Origin: Acidimicrobiia bacterium | Lineage (GTDB): Bacteria; Actinomycetota; Acidimicrobiia; Spongiisociales; ZC4RG35 | DNA: 64,000 bases | Assembly (NCBI GenBank): GCA_025928935.1 | Contig: JAICNB010000001.1 | Span: 18,326 to 82,325 of the forward strand | Reading direction: 5' to 3' | Shown: piece after piece, positions 17,775-27,686 of the stretch | Layout of the letters: each line of letters opens with the position of its first letter | Numbering within the stretch: position 1 is the stretch's first letter | Translations under genes and position numbers: made by a program | Notes under the pieces: generated by a model | Seen by the model: the letters and a program-made list of their open reading frames with translations, nothing else | Told to the model about the DNA's origin: nothing | Databases searched by the model: none

Positions 17775-18551
17775 TTGGCCAACGGCAACGGTAAGACCGG
17801 TCTCAGGGACAGGATCAAAGAGACGAACGACAAGCTCTGGGGCTCCCAGTTCGCAGAGTCGATCCTCCGCCCTGGGTCGCCTTTCAAGAAGGGGTACTCG
17901 GACAGCCCGAGGAACCGCTCCTATGTGGTGATGAACAACGTGCTCTATCACCTCCACCCGGTCAAGGTGAAGCGGCACGGGGTCAAGCTCTCCTACACGC
18001 TATGCCTCGGTGGGCTGAGCTTCTTCCTCTTCATCCTGCTCACCATCACCGGGATCTTCCTGATGTTCTATTACACCCCATCGGCGGAGACGGCGTATGC
18101 CGACATCGAGGCGCTCTCCACCAACGTCGCCTTCGGCTCGCTGGTGCGAAACATGCACCGATGGGGCGCCCACCTCATGGTGCTCTCGGTGTTCCTGCAC
18201 ATGAGCCGGGTCTTCTATCACGGCGCCTACAAGCCGCCGAGGGAGTTCAACTGGGTGGTCGGGGTCATCCTGTTGTTCCTGACGCTTCTCCTCTCCTTCT
18301 CCGGATATCTGCTCCCGTGGGACCAGTTGGCGCTGTGGGCGGTCACCGTCGGGACGAACATGGCCGGCTTCGTCCCCGTCGTCGGGAATCAGGTCAAGTT
18401 CGCTCTATTGGCCGGCGTGGAGGTGTCGGCATCCACGTTGCTCCGGTTCTATGTGCTGCACGTTCTCGCGTTGCCGTTCATCCTCGTGATCTTCCTCGCC
18501 GTGCATTTCTGGCGGGTGCGCAAGGACGGCGGGATCTCGGGGCCACTGTGA
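17775..18551 (+). CDS. cytochrome b6 (cytochrome b N-terminal domain, split b6-type)
   Basis: Cytochrome b/b6 N-terminal domain with heme-ligand His pairs ([12 protein letters not shown]; [17 protein letters not shown]); stops at the end of the heme-binding domain as in b6. Confidence 0.9.
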   Translation: MANGNGKTGLRDRIKETNDKLWGSQFAESILRPGSPFKKGYSDSPRNRSYVVMNNVLYHLHPVKVKRHGVKLSYTLCLGGLSFFLFILLTITGIFLMFYYTPSAETAYADIEALSTNVAFGSLVRNMHRWGAHLMVLSVFLHMSRVFYHGAYKPPREFNWVVGVILLFLTLLLSFSGYLLPWDQLALWAVTVGTNMAGFVPVVGNQVKFALLAGVEVSASTLLRFYVLHVLALPFILVIFLAVHFWRVRKDGGISGPL

Positions 18552-18561
18552 GGAGTCCGTC

Positions 18562-19662
18562 ATGACCGAGATACCAGAGAGCCTCCTCAGGAGGTCGGCA
18601 GAGGCCAAGGCCAAGGCGCTCGGACTGCCGGTCGAGCAAGTCCTGGCCGAGATGAAAGGTGAGGCCCCGCCCATCCCGCCGCCCTCTGACGAGCCCGAGC
18701 CCGAGCCGGTCGAGGCGATGGAGGAGGCCGCCGAGACCTCCGAGGAGATCGAAGAGGCAGTGGAGTCGGTGGAGGGCGAACCGGCCCCCGTCGAAGAGGT
18801 CGCAGCCGAGGAGGTCCCTGCCGGGCCTGCCGCCGAAGCACCCGAGATCGAGCCAGCGCCCGAGGCCGACGTTCCCGTCGCGCCGCCCACCGAGGCACCC
18901 GTGATCGAGAGCAGCCAAGAGGCATTGGATCCCCCAGCCTCGGCAGAGCCGACCGCACCCGACGGAGGTGGGTCGGCCGACACGGAGCCGGCTGCGGCAG
19001 AGGCCGAGCCTGCCGCTGCCGCGGTGGCGACGGCGGTCGAGGAGAAGCCCGCCCCGGAGGGGAATGGTGCAGGGAACGGGAAGGTGGCCGCCATGGTCAG
19101 TCCCCGTCCGACCGTCCCGCCAAAGGGGACCCCGGAAGGGGTACGCACCCAGCGTCTGTTGACCGTCGTCAAGGCCCGGGCCATCCAGACCGTCAAGGCC
19201 GAGCCGACCGACAAGGTGAACACCTGGCCTCATCTGATGCTGATGGAGTTCGGGGCCCTTCTCGCCATCACCGGCCTTCTCGTGATCATGTCGGTGGTCA
19301 TCCACTCGCCGTTGCTCGACCCCGCCAACTTCAACGCCACCCCCAACCCATCCAAGGCGCCGTGGTACTTCCTCGGGCTCCAGGAGCTGCTCTCCTACTT
19401 CGATCCGCAGATCGCCGGCGTCACGGTGCCCACCATCACCGGGATCATCGGGTTCATGATGGTGCCCTACGTCGACAAGAACCCCTCGACCCGTCCCAGC
19501 GACCGCAAGTTCGCCATTGCCCTCTATTCGGTGTTCCTGGCGGGTGCAGCCACCCTCACCATCTTCGGTGTCCTGTTCCGGGGCCTGGGCTTCAACTTCA
19601 GCTACCCGTGGAAGGATGGGGTCTATTTCGATGACCTGAAGGACTGGGTGCATTTCGAATGA
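18562..19662 (+). CDS. cytochrome b C-terminal domain (subunit-IV-like) with long acidic N-terminal extension
   Basis: C-terminal about 170 aa match subunit IV (PEWYFL-like: APWYFLGLQELL); N-terminal 30 aa resemble the conserved module of the two cytochromes c; then about 150 aa of Pro/Glu/Ala-rich spacer. Confidence 0.8.
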   Translation: MTEIPESLLRRSAEAKAKALGLPVEQVLAEMKGEAPPIPPPSDEPEPEPVEAMEEAAETSEEIEEAVESVEGEPAPVEEVAAEEVPAGPAAEAPEIEPAPEADVPVAPPTEAPVIESSQEALDPPASAEPTAPDGGGSADTEPAAAEAEPAAAAVATAVEEKPAPEGNGAGNGKVAAMVSPRPTVPPKGTPEGVRTQRLLTVVKARAIQTVKAEPTDKVNTWPHLMLMEFGALLAITGLLVIMSVVIHSPLLDPANFNATPNPSKAPWYFLGLQELLSYFDPQIAGVTVPTITGIIGFMMVPYVDKNPSTRPSDRKFAIALYSVFLAGAATLTIFGVLFRGLGFNFSYPWKDGVYFDDLKDWVHFE

Positions 19663-20570
19663 CTCTGACCAACGCCGTCCTGATCGCGGTCGCCGTGGTG
19701 GCGATCCTCGGGGCGGCGGGGGCATTCGCGGTCGCCTACCGACGTTCCCAGACCGTCGAGAAGCCCGACCCCTTGGCCGGCGTCTCGCCCGAGACGAGGG
19801 CGGCGGACCGATCGGCGACCACAGTGGCCATCCCACCTCGCTCCGAGCCGGAGCCGGTAGTCGAGCCCGAGCCTGAGCCTGAAGCTGAGCCTGAACCGGC
19901 TTCGTCGGTACTCACCCCGTCGGGGGGAGAAACGGCCAGCACCGTTGTCGAGATCCTGGAGACCCAGCGCATCGTCGAGGTGTCCCCGGAAGAGGGTGGG
20001 GTCAGCCGGCGTCAGTTCTTCAACCGTGCCATCACCGCCACGTTCGGCACCTTCCTCGCCGCCCAGGGGCTCTACTACCTGGCGTTCTTCTGGCCCAAGC
20101 TGACCGGCGGCTTCGGAGCGGACATCGATGCGGGGCCCGTCTCCGATCTGCAGTCCCAGGTGTTCACCCCGGCCGGAGGGGTGCTTCCTCTGTTCATCCC
20201 CGAGGCACGCGCCTACCTGGTCCCGGCTCCCGATGAGCTTTCCGCGCAGTTCGAGGGCCAGAGTGTCTCCACCGATGGCTTGATGGCGCTGTACATGCGA
20301 TGTGTCCACCTGGGGTGCCGGGTCCCTTGGTGCGCCCCGTCCCAGGGCTTCGAGTGCCCGTGTCACGGCTCGAGGTACAACGCCGTCGGGGAGTACTTCG
20401 GCGGGCCCGCACCGCGAAACCTCGACCGGTTCGTGATCGAGAACCAAGGCGGGCGCCTCATCATCCGGACCGGATCGATCATCGAGACACCCCGGGCCCC
20501 GGAGCTGAGCGTTCAATACCCGCAGGGGCCCAGCTGCATCAGCGCCGTCGCGGCGACGCCAGGGGCATGA
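19659..20570 (+). CDS. Rieske [2Fe-2S] iron-sulfur protein
   Basis: CVHLGC ... CPCHGS Rieske boxes; N-terminal TM anchor. Confidence 0.9.
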   Translation: MTLTNAVLIAVAVVAILGAAGAFAVAYRRSQTVEKPDPLAGVSPETRAADRSATTVAIPPRSEPEPVVEPEPEPEAEPEPASSVLTPSGGETASTVVEILETQRIVEVSPEEGGVSRRQFFNRAITATFGTFLAAQGLYYLAFFWPKLTGGFGADIDAGPVSDLQSQVFTPAGGVLPLFIPEARAYLVPAPDELSAQFEGQSVSTDGLMALYMRCVHLGCRVPWCAPSQGFECPCHGSRYNAVGEYFGGPAPRNLDRFVIENQGGRLIIRTGSIIETPRAPELSVQYPQGPSCISAVAATPGA

Positions 20571-22489
20571 CCGCCAACATCATCACCGTCATCGCCCTGG
20601 TGGCCGGGATCACCTGGCTCGGCATGCTGTTCGTCTCGGCCATCCGCAACAGGGGCGGGGAGGAGGTCGCTCCCAACCTCCGACCCGGAATCGACGACGA
20701 GAAGATCGAGACCCGCCGCTTGGAGGGTGGGCAGAAGGCAGCCATCGCCTTCTCCGCCTTCCTCGCCATCTCTCTGCCCCTCTACTTCCTCACCGAGCAG
20801 GAGCGTCAGGCCAGCTTCGTAGAAGAGTTCTCCACGGCATCGATCACCAGGGGCGAGCACATCGTGGCGGAGTTCGCCTGCTTCTCCTGTCATGGTCCCG
20901 AGGGATCGGGTGGGACGACCAGCTACGTCGAGAAGCGGTCAGGAGTCACCGTCTCCTGGGCTGTGCCGTCGCTCGACGATGTGTTCTTCCGATACGAGGA
21001 GGACGAGGTCAATTTCTGGGTCACCTACGGCCGGGGAAACACTCCGATGCCGGCGTGGGGCATCCCCGGTGGCGGACCGCTCAACGAAGAGCAGGTGGTC
21101 GACGTCGTCAATTATCTGAAGACGATCCAGATCGCCCAGGACGAGTACCTGGGCAAGGTGGAGCCAGGCGTCAACACCGCCCTCGACACCCTGGCCAACG
21201 CCGACGGGACCGTGGAGACGGCCATCCTCGAGCAAAGCCAGGTGGTGGCTGAGATCGAGGCGGCTCCGGCCGATGTCGCCGTCGTGACGCCTCTGGCCGA
21301 GCGGGCACGAGAGACCCTCGATGGTGCCGGCACCGGTATCGACACCGACGCAGACGGGTTGTCCGACGCGGCTGAGACCGAGCTGAGCGCCATCTCACAG
21401 GAGGCTGTCGACGGGTTCCGGATCATGGAGCCGGTGACGCTGGATCCCGCGGTGGCCGACGCCGAGCTGGCGGCCGACGCTCTGGCCGCCATCGAGGCGG
21501 CCGCGGAGACCGACCCGATCGTCCGGTCCAACCTCGCCGCCATCGAGACCGCGATGAGCGACGGTGCGGTCGACCCGGCAGTGGGTCTCAGCGAGGCCGC
21601 GCTGACCACCCTCGAGGAAACCCGCGCCGCCGCGGTGGAGGCGGGAATCGAGGTGCCGGCCTCGGTGGACGACCTCGATGGGGCCAACGCGCTGGTCGCC
21701 GCACTGGACGCGGCGGCCACTGCCACCGAACCGGTGCAAGGGGCTGCCGACCTGTCTGCGGCGGCCACCACGGCCATCGAGGACGGCTCCGACCCTGACG
21801 GGGATGGCCTGTCCACCGCTGCGGAGAACACCATCACATCCCAGATCGATGCCGCCATCAGCGCCACCATGCCCACACAGGTCGCACTCGTCGTCCTCGA
21901 CCCGACCAACCCGGCCTCGGTCGGCGGAGAACCTGACCTGACGACTGCGAACACCATGGTGGGCAATCTCGAGTCACTGGCCACGACACTCACCGTCACA
22001 GAGCAGAACCAGTCGGCACTTCTCGAGGCCGAGCAGGGCGGGCTGGCCTTCCTCGAGGAATCTCTGCAGGCCAAGCGCTACTCCGTCGACTTCGCCGGGG
22101 TGGCCGAGGCGATGGGGTCGTCGGAGGAGGAGGCGCAGCGGGCCGTCGGCTTGTTCAACTCCAAGTGCGCCAGATGTCACACCGCCGGCTACAGCGCCGG
22201 TGTCCCCTACACCCAGGAGGCGGGCTCGGGTGGTTTCGGGCCGGCATTGTGGGACGGGCGTCCCACCGTCCAGTTCGGCGAGGCCAACGAGGACCCGGAA
22301 CAGGACCTGCTGGTCCAGTTCATCGTCAGGGGCTCCGAGGCGGAGACCCCCTACGGCATCAACGGCTTCGGCTCGGGCCGGATGCCGGCGTTCGGCTCCG
22401 CCCTCGCCCTGGAGGACGTCGAGCTACTCGCCGCCTACCTGCGGGGAGGCAACATGGACGGGAAGGGGGGCACCAGTGTTCTTCCGTGA
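20567..22489 (+). CDS. diheme cytochrome c with about 400-aa acidic Ala-rich linker containing Ca-binding-like DxDxDG motifs
   Basis: In-frame ATG at 20567 overlapping the Rieske stop (ATGA); two CxxCH (CFSCH, CARCH); N-terminal TM; linker with DTDADGLSDAAE and DPDGDGLSTAAE. Confidence 0.8.
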   Translation: MTANIITVIALVAGITWLGMLFVSAIRNRGGEEVAPNLRPGIDDEKIETRRLEGGQKAAIAFSAFLAISLPLYFLTEQERQASFVEEFSTASITRGEHIVAEFACFSCHGPEGSGGTTSYVEKRSGVTVSWAVPSLDDVFFRYEEDEVNFWVTYGRGNTPMPAWGIPGGGPLNEEQVVDVVNYLKTIQIAQDEYLGKVEPGVNTALDTLANADGTVETAILEQSQVVAEIEAAPADVAVVTPLAERARETLDGAGTGIDTDADGLSDAAETELSAISQEAVDGFRIMEPVTLDPAVADAELAADALAAIEAAAETDPIVRSNLAAIETAMSDGAVDPAVGLSEAALTTLEETRAAAVEAGIEVPASVDDLDGANALVAALDAAATATEPVQGAADLSAAATTAIEDGSDPDGDGLSTAAENTITSQIDAAISATMPTQVALVVLDPTNPASVGGEPDLTTANTMVGNLESLATTLTVTEQNQSALLEAEQGGLAFLEESLQAKRYSVDFAGVAEAMGSSEEEAQRAVGLFNSKCARCHTAGYSAGVPYTQEAGSGGFGPALWDGRPTVQFGEANEDPEQDLLVQFIVRGSEAETPYGINGFGSGRMPAFGSALALEDVELLAAYLRGGNMDGKGGTSVLP

Positions 22490-22841
22490 GTTCTTCCGGT
22501 CTCTGCTGTCGGCCAACCTGTTCGTCACCGGGATCATCCTGACCCTGGCCGCCGTGGCGTTGTTCTATGGCTCGATCTACCTCTTCAACTACACCAACCT
22601 CGGCAAGCGATTGGGCTTCCTGGTGACAGGGGCGGCTGTATTCGGCTGGCTTTCCATCACCTCGATGTTGTTCGTGGTGTACGCCCCCCGCGGGCCCAAG
22701 CCGGCCGACATCGAGGGGCTGAATGCGTTCGAGATCAGGATCATCCCGATCACCTATTTGCTGGTGTCGGTCGTGCTGTTCCTGGCGTTCCTGGTTGCGC
22801 TGCACCAATACGAAGAGGTGCAGGAGAAGTCGAGCGCCTAG
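22476..22841 (+). CDS. small membrane protein (3 TM), possible accessory subunit
   Basis: In-frame GTG at 22476 overlapping the end of the diheme cytochrome c gene; hydrophobic 121-aa product; the upstream part of the 22200..22841 ORF is discarded. Confidence 0.45.
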   Translation: MFFREFFRSLLSANLFVTGIILTLAAVALFYGSIYLFNYTNLGKRLGFLVTGAAVFGWLSITSMLFVVYAPRGPKPADIEGLNAFEIRIIPITYLLVSVVLFLAFLVALHQYEEVQEKSSA

Positions 22842-23455
22842 AGCCGGCTTCCGTAATAGCTCAGGACTTGCAGCTCCATCGAGAGGTCGACCTGGCGCAC
22901 CGAGACCTTCTCCGGCACGTTGACCCGGACCGGGGCGAAGTTGAGGATCGAGTGGACGCCGTGCTCGACGAGACGCTCGGCGACCTGTTGGGCCGCCACC
23001 GCCGGGACGGCGAGGATTGCGATCTCGAATGACTTGGAGAGGCAGTCGCCGTCTAGCCCTTCGAGGTCCTGGATGAGGACGTCTCCCACCTTGGTGCCGA
23101 TCTTCCGCACGTCGGTGTCGTAGAGGGCGATCACGTCGAATCCACGTTTGCTGAGCCCGCCGTAGTTGGCCAGGGCCCGGCCCAGGTTCCCGGCTCCGAC
23201 GATGGCCACCCGCTGTCGGTCTGCGATGCCGAGCTCCTGACGGATCCGCACGTTGAGCTCGGGCACCGAGTACCCGATGCCACGCACGCCGTGGAAGTCG
23301 ATGTGGGAGAGATCCCGACGCACATTGGCGGCGTTGGCCCCCGCCGCCTCCGCAAGCTCCTCGGAGCTGACCACATCCCGGGAGGGGTCGAGGTCCTCGA
23401 GGAGCCGCAAGTATCGAGGCAGACGCACCACTGTCGCCTTTGGGATTTCTTTCAC
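22838..23455 (-). CDS. rex: redox-sensing transcriptional repressor Rex (NADH/NAD+ sensor)
   Basis: N-terminal winged helix (PKATVVRLPRYLRLL), Rossmann GAGNLGRAL; start appears to be GTG at 23455. Confidence 0.85.
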   Translation of the reverse strand: MKEIPKATVVRLPRYLRLLEDLDPSRDVVSSEELAEAAGANAANVRRDLSHIDFHGVRGIGYSVPELNVRIRQELGIADRQRVAIVGAGNLGRALANYGGLSKRGFDVIALYDTDVRKIGTKVGDVLIQDLEGLDGDCLSKSFEIAILAVPAVAAQQVAERLVEHGVHSILNFAPVRVNVPEKVSVRQVDLSMELQVLSYYGSRL

Positions 23456-23527
23456 AAGCTCACGATAAACCTCCTCGAGAGGGTTGGGAATCCCGGCAGC
23501 TGACTGGGGCTTCTAACCTCACTTTCG

Positions 23528-24763
23528 ATGTCATCTCCCTCGGTCCTGGTCGTCGGTGGCGGCCCCGCCGGCTCGGCCGCCGCCTACTGGCTGGCGAGGG
23601 AGGGCCACGAGGTGACCCTGGTCGAGGCCAAGGAGTACCCCCGGGAGAAAACCTGTGGCGACGGACTGACCCCACGGGCCGTCCTCCAACTCCTGGACAT
23701 GGGCTTCGACTTCGATGTGCCTCATTTCCATCGAGTCACCGGTCTCCGGTCGTACGCAGGGGACGAGTACGTGGAGCTGGCCTGGCCCGATCACTCCAGG
23801 TTCCCCAACTGGGGCGGGGTGATGCGGCGGAGTGACCTCGACGCCCAGGTGGCCGGTCTCGCCCGAGAACAAGGGGTGACGATCCTGGAGAAGACGATTG
23901 CCACCCCCATCATCGAGGACGGGTTCCTCACCGGGGTGACCTTGGATCACAACGGGACCCGGGACGTGGCGACCCCAGGGGTGACGATCATCGCCGACGG
24001 ATCGATGAACCGCTTCGGGCGGGAAATGGGGAATGAGCGACGTCGGGACTATCCGCTGGGAATGGCGGCACGTGGCTACTACGCCTCGCCCCGGTCGACC
24101 GACCCCTTCCTGGAGAGCCAGCTCGACCTGAGGGACTCTTCGGGGGCGACGATGCCGGGATACGGCTGGGTGTTCCCTCTCGGCGACGGGACGGTCAATG
24201 TGGGGGTGGGCCTGCTATCCACCTTCACCAGGTGGAAGCAGGTCAATACGACGCACATGATGGCCGACTACGTGACCACCGCTCCCGAGTATTGGGGGCT
24301 CTCGGAGGAGTCGAGGCTGACCAAGCCGGTCGGGGGAAAGCTGACCATGTCGTTTTCCAAAGGGCCGCTCGTGGGGGCCAACTGGATCACGATCGGCGAC
24401 GCCGCTGGGGCCATCAACCCTTGGAACGGCGAGGGTATCTCCTACGCCTACGAGACGGGACGGATCGCCGCGGACCACGTCGGACGCGCGGTCGGCACTG
24501 CAGATTTCGGGCTGTTGCGCCGATACCCTCAACAACTCGAGGATGAGTACGGGCTCTATTACAAGATGGCCCGCATCTTCGTGAAGCTGATCGGTCACCC
24601 GCCGGTGATGCGGACGCTGGCCCACACCGGGCTGAGGAGCCGCTCACTCATGGAGTGGACCTTGAAAGTGATGGCGAACTTGCTCGACGAAGACGAGAAG
24701 CACATGGGTGAGCGAACCTATGACGCTCTGGCTGCGCTCGTCCGTACTCTCCCGACGTCGTGA
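23528..24763 (+). CDS. FAD-dependent geranylgeranyl reductase family oxidoreductase (MenJ-like)
   Basis: GxGxxG FAD motif VVGGGPAGSAAA; CGDGLTPRA; GDAAG; size and architecture of the geranylgeranyl reductase family. Confidence 0.8.
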   Translation: MSSPSVLVVGGGPAGSAAAYWLAREGHEVTLVEAKEYPREKTCGDGLTPRAVLQLLDMGFDFDVPHFHRVTGLRSYAGDEYVELAWPDHSRFPNWGGVMRRSDLDAQVAGLAREQGVTILEKTIATPIIEDGFLTGVTLDHNGTRDVATPGVTIIADGSMNRFGREMGNERRRDYPLGMAARGYYASPRSTDPFLESQLDLRDSSGATMPGYGWVFPLGDGTVNVGVGLLSTFTRWKQVNTTHMMADYVTTAPEYWGLSEESRLTKPVGGKLTMSFSKGPLVGANWITIGDAAGAINPWNGEGISYAYETGRIAADHVGRAVGTADFGLLRRYPQQLEDEYGLYYKMARIFVKLIGHPPVMRTLAHTGLRSRSLMEWTLKVMANLLDEDEKHMGERTYDALAALVRTLPTS

Positions 24764-25425
24764 GGCCGGAGCTTCTCGTTTTCGACGTGAACGAGACGCT
24801 CCTCGACATGTCCCCCCTCCGGATCGACTTCGAGGACGTCTTCGGGACCGGGGATGCGATGGGAGAGTGGTTCGCCCGTCTCCTCCATGGCTCACTCGTC
24901 GCCAACGAGCTCGAGGATTACCGCGCCTTTGGCGTCATCGGCGTGGAGGCCTTGTTGTTGGTTGCGGAGCGGCGAGGGATCGCCCTCGATGAGGCAACGG
25001 CCACCGAGATCGTCACCCGTCTCGCCATCCTCCCGGCCCATCTCGACGTGATCCCGGCCCTGGAACGGCTCCTCGATGCCGGATTCCGCACCGCGGCCCT
25101 GACCAACGGGAGCACCAAGGCAGCCAATGTCCAGATCGAGAACGCAGGTCTGCACACCTTCATCCAGAGGGTGGTCTCGGTCGAGGAGGTCGGGCGGTTC
25201 AAGCCCGACCCGGCCACCTACCGCCACGCTGCGCAGGTCATGGACCTGCATGTCTCCAAGACCATGTTGATCTCGGCCCACGACTGGGACGTGGCCGGAG
25301 CGTTGGGCGCCGGTGCTTCGGCGGCCTACGTCCGGAGACCCGGGTCGCTGTGGTCCCTCCCTGCCGAGATGCCCGAGGTCCTTGGAGCCGATCTGAGAGA
25401 GATCGCCGACCAGCTGACAGGCTGA
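24760..25425 (+). CDS. HAD superfamily haloacid dehalogenase type II-like hydrolase
   Basis: Motif I FDVNETLLD, motif III K, motif IV D..D; start overlaps the preceding stop. Confidence 0.75.
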   Translation: MRPELLVFDVNETLLDMSPLRIDFEDVFGTGDAMGEWFARLLHGSLVANELEDYRAFGVIGVEALLLVAERRGIALDEATATEIVTRLAILPAHLDVIPALERLLDAGFRTAALTNGSTKAANVQIENAGLHTFIQRVVSVEEVGRFKPDPATYRHAAQVMDLHVSKTMLISAHDWDVAGALGAGASAAYVRRPGSLWSLPAEMPEVLGADLREIADQLTG

Positions 25426-26442
25426 TCAGATCAGGGGCGCCACCTCCTCGGCCAACTGCTGCATCAGCTCCACCTGAGCCTGGTACTCCAGGGTCGGGAA
25501 GTAGCTGCGGGCGACGAACTCGACCGGGATTCCCGCTCTTGCCCTCAGATCCATCAGCGAGTCGACGATCTCCTCGCTGCTGCCGGCAATGGTGGCCCGT
25601 CGCAGCATGGACCCGCGGTCGCTCTCGCTGAGAGCCGGAGCCGGCGGCGGGGGGCCCGGTCGGTCGGCAGAGCTCTCCATGTCGCTGTATTTCCAGGTCA
25701 TCTGCCAGAGGTGGTCCGTGTAGCGGGCCCACGCGTCATCGGCGGACGACCCGGGAAGGATCACGGAGTAGTGGATGATGCGCAGCTCCGACGGGTCGCG
25801 GCCAACGACAGCGCACTCATCCTTCACCCATTCCAGTTGGCGAAGGAAACCGTTAGCGGAGGCATTGGAGAAGATCCCATCGGCCATCCTCGCCGCCCGT
25901 CTGATCGCCGGCTCGGCACCTCCCCCGATGAGGATGGGTATTCGCGTCGACGGGGCTGGGCGCACCGCCAGCTCAGGGACCCGATAAGCCGTGCCTTCGT
26001 GGGTGAAGGGCTGGCCGGTCCATGCCTTGGGGAGGAGGGTCAGGATCTCCTCCATTGCCCGGCCACGCTGGTCGATCCGGGCTCCGAGCCCCTCGAACTC
26101 GACCCCGCTCCAGCCCAATCCGAGGCCCAGGGTGAACCGACCCTGGCTGAGAAGACTCACGGTGGCGGCGTCCTCTGCCAGCCGCAACGGGTGATGCAGC
26201 GGGGCGAGAATGACCCCGGTTCCGATCTCGATAGTGGTGGTGGCGGCAGCGATCGCCCCACTGACCACTGCCAGCGAGGGCATGTAGCCGTCGTCGACGA
26301 AATGGTGCTCGGTGGTCCAGACCGAGGACAGCCCGAGCCGCTCGGCCTCGATGGCGAGGGCGATGGTCTCTTTGTACACCCGGGACCAGTCGGTCTCACC
26401 GGGACGGAGTTGTGCGCTGAGGAGTCCGAATCCAAGGCTCAT
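25426..26442 (-). CDS. LLM-class (luciferase-like) flavin/F420-dependent oxidoreductase
   Basis: TIM-barrel LLM motifs (VWTTEHHF; GRFTLGLGLG). Confidence 0.8.
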   Translation of the reverse strand: MSLGFGLLSAQLRPGETDWSRVYKETIALAIEAERLGLSSVWTTEHHFVDDGYMPSLAVVSGAIAAATTTIEIGTGVILAPLHHPLRLAEDAATVSLLSQGRFTLGLGLGWSGVEFEGLGARIDQRGRAMEEILTLLPKAWTGQPFTHEGTAYRVPELAVRPAPSTRIPILIGGGAEPAIRRAARMADGIFSNASANGFLRQLEWVKDECAVVGRDPSELRIIHYSVILPGSSADDAWARYTDHLWQMTWKYSDMESSADRPGPPPPAPALSESDRGSMLRRATIAGSSEEIVDSLMDLRARAGIPVEFVARSYFPTLEYQAQVELMQQLAEEVAPLI

Positions 26443-26451
26443 GTATGGAGC

Positions 26452-27591
26452 CTACGACCGGACCGGTGGGCCCCGATTCGATCCCTGGGCACGATGGGTG
26501 AGTGTGTGGTGATATCGGCAGAGCAGGGCGAGGTTGTCCGGTTCGGTCCCGCCGCCGTCCGCCCAGTGGGTCAGATGATGGACGTCGCACCAACGAGGGC
26601 CTCGGTCGCATCCTCTCCAGGTGCAATGACGGTCTCGGGCGATGATCGCCCGGCGCAGGGCGGCGGGGATGACCCGGGTTCGTCGTCCGACGTCGATCAC
26701 CTCGCTCTTGGGCCCGAGCACGATCCGGCTGACCGAGGAATCACAGGCGAGGGTTCGCAGTGTCTGGACAGTGACGACCTCTCCGCTCCCGAACTCGTGA
26801 CGGCCGCCGGCGATCCCCTGGAGAGCTTCCAGGTCGGCGATCACATTGACATGTGGCCTCTCACCGCCGACCTGGCGGACATCACCTCGATCGAGATAGT
26901 CCCGTGCCAGATCTTCGAGCGCGTCGTGACGACGCTGACGGGCAGTGCGAATGTCACCCTGCGTCGGAGGCGGCATCAGGGCATCGAACATGGCTCGGAG
27001 CGACTCGTAGGCCGATGGCGTGGTCCATCCGTCGAGCCGACCCATACCGTCGATCGTTCTCGACAGCGAGAGGCCCCGACGGGCCTCGTGCTCCAGTTCG
27101 GACTCGTCCCCGCCGGCGACGCTCTGGTGCCAATACTGAAGAGCCCGCCTGGTCTCGCTCGCCGTCAATGGCTCGATGATCCCGACCAACCGCGCCTCCG
27201 CATCGCCGAAGGGCCCGGGAGCGGCATCTGAGGTCTCTAGCAACCGATGTGCTTGATCTGTCGAAATGCGTTGGTCGGTCCAGGCCTGTTGGACGCTTGG
27301 GCATCGGGCCGCGGTGTGGGCCAGGCCCACCAGCCTCCTCGCCCGGCCGGCGGCCATGCGACAACGATGGATCAGGAAGGCGGTCAGTGAGGGGTAGCCC
27401 TGTCTGCCCGGCCCTGCAACGCTGTCGAATTGGCTCAGTCGCCGCGCTCGCTCAGACTCGAGGAGGCCACTCGTCAATTCCAGCTCGACCAGGTCGTCTG
27501 CCAGTTCATCGAGCCCGACTTCGCTCAGATCCTGAGCCGCCCACTCTTCGAGAGCGGATCGCAGACCACTCATCTCATTCCCCTCGAACAT
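26452..27591 (-). mobile_element. DUF222 + HNH endonuclease (REP13E12-like selfish HNH nuclease gene)
   Basis: C-terminal HNH motif (CDVHHLTHWADGGGTEPDNLALLCRYHH); N-terminal DUF222-like region; lower-GC 5' flank 27592-27686. Confidence 0.75.
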
Positions 27592-27686
27592 GCTCTCTCC
27601 CCGAACATACGTTCGACCCTACCTGACCCGAAGCACAGAATCCATAGGTTCGTTTTGATCTTTCTGAATCGGGGAAGTGACTTGCG

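Noticed and set aside
18405-19836. Antisense ORFs 18405..19223 and 18478..19836 opposite the subunit-IV and Rieske genes
   Set aside because: Low-complexity Ala/Gly/Ser/Arg translations produced by the GC-rich acidic-linker coding region; the sense-strand genes are strongly supported.
20300-20566. 5' part of ORF 20300..22489 overlapping the Rieske gene
   Set aside because: Alternate frame of the Rieske C-terminus. The diheme cytochrome c starts at the ATG at 20567, overlapping the Rieske stop.
21112-22074. 320-aa antisense ORF inside the diheme cytochrome c linker region
   Set aside because: Ser/Ala-rich low-complexity mirror of the Ala/Asp-rich linker; no independent support.
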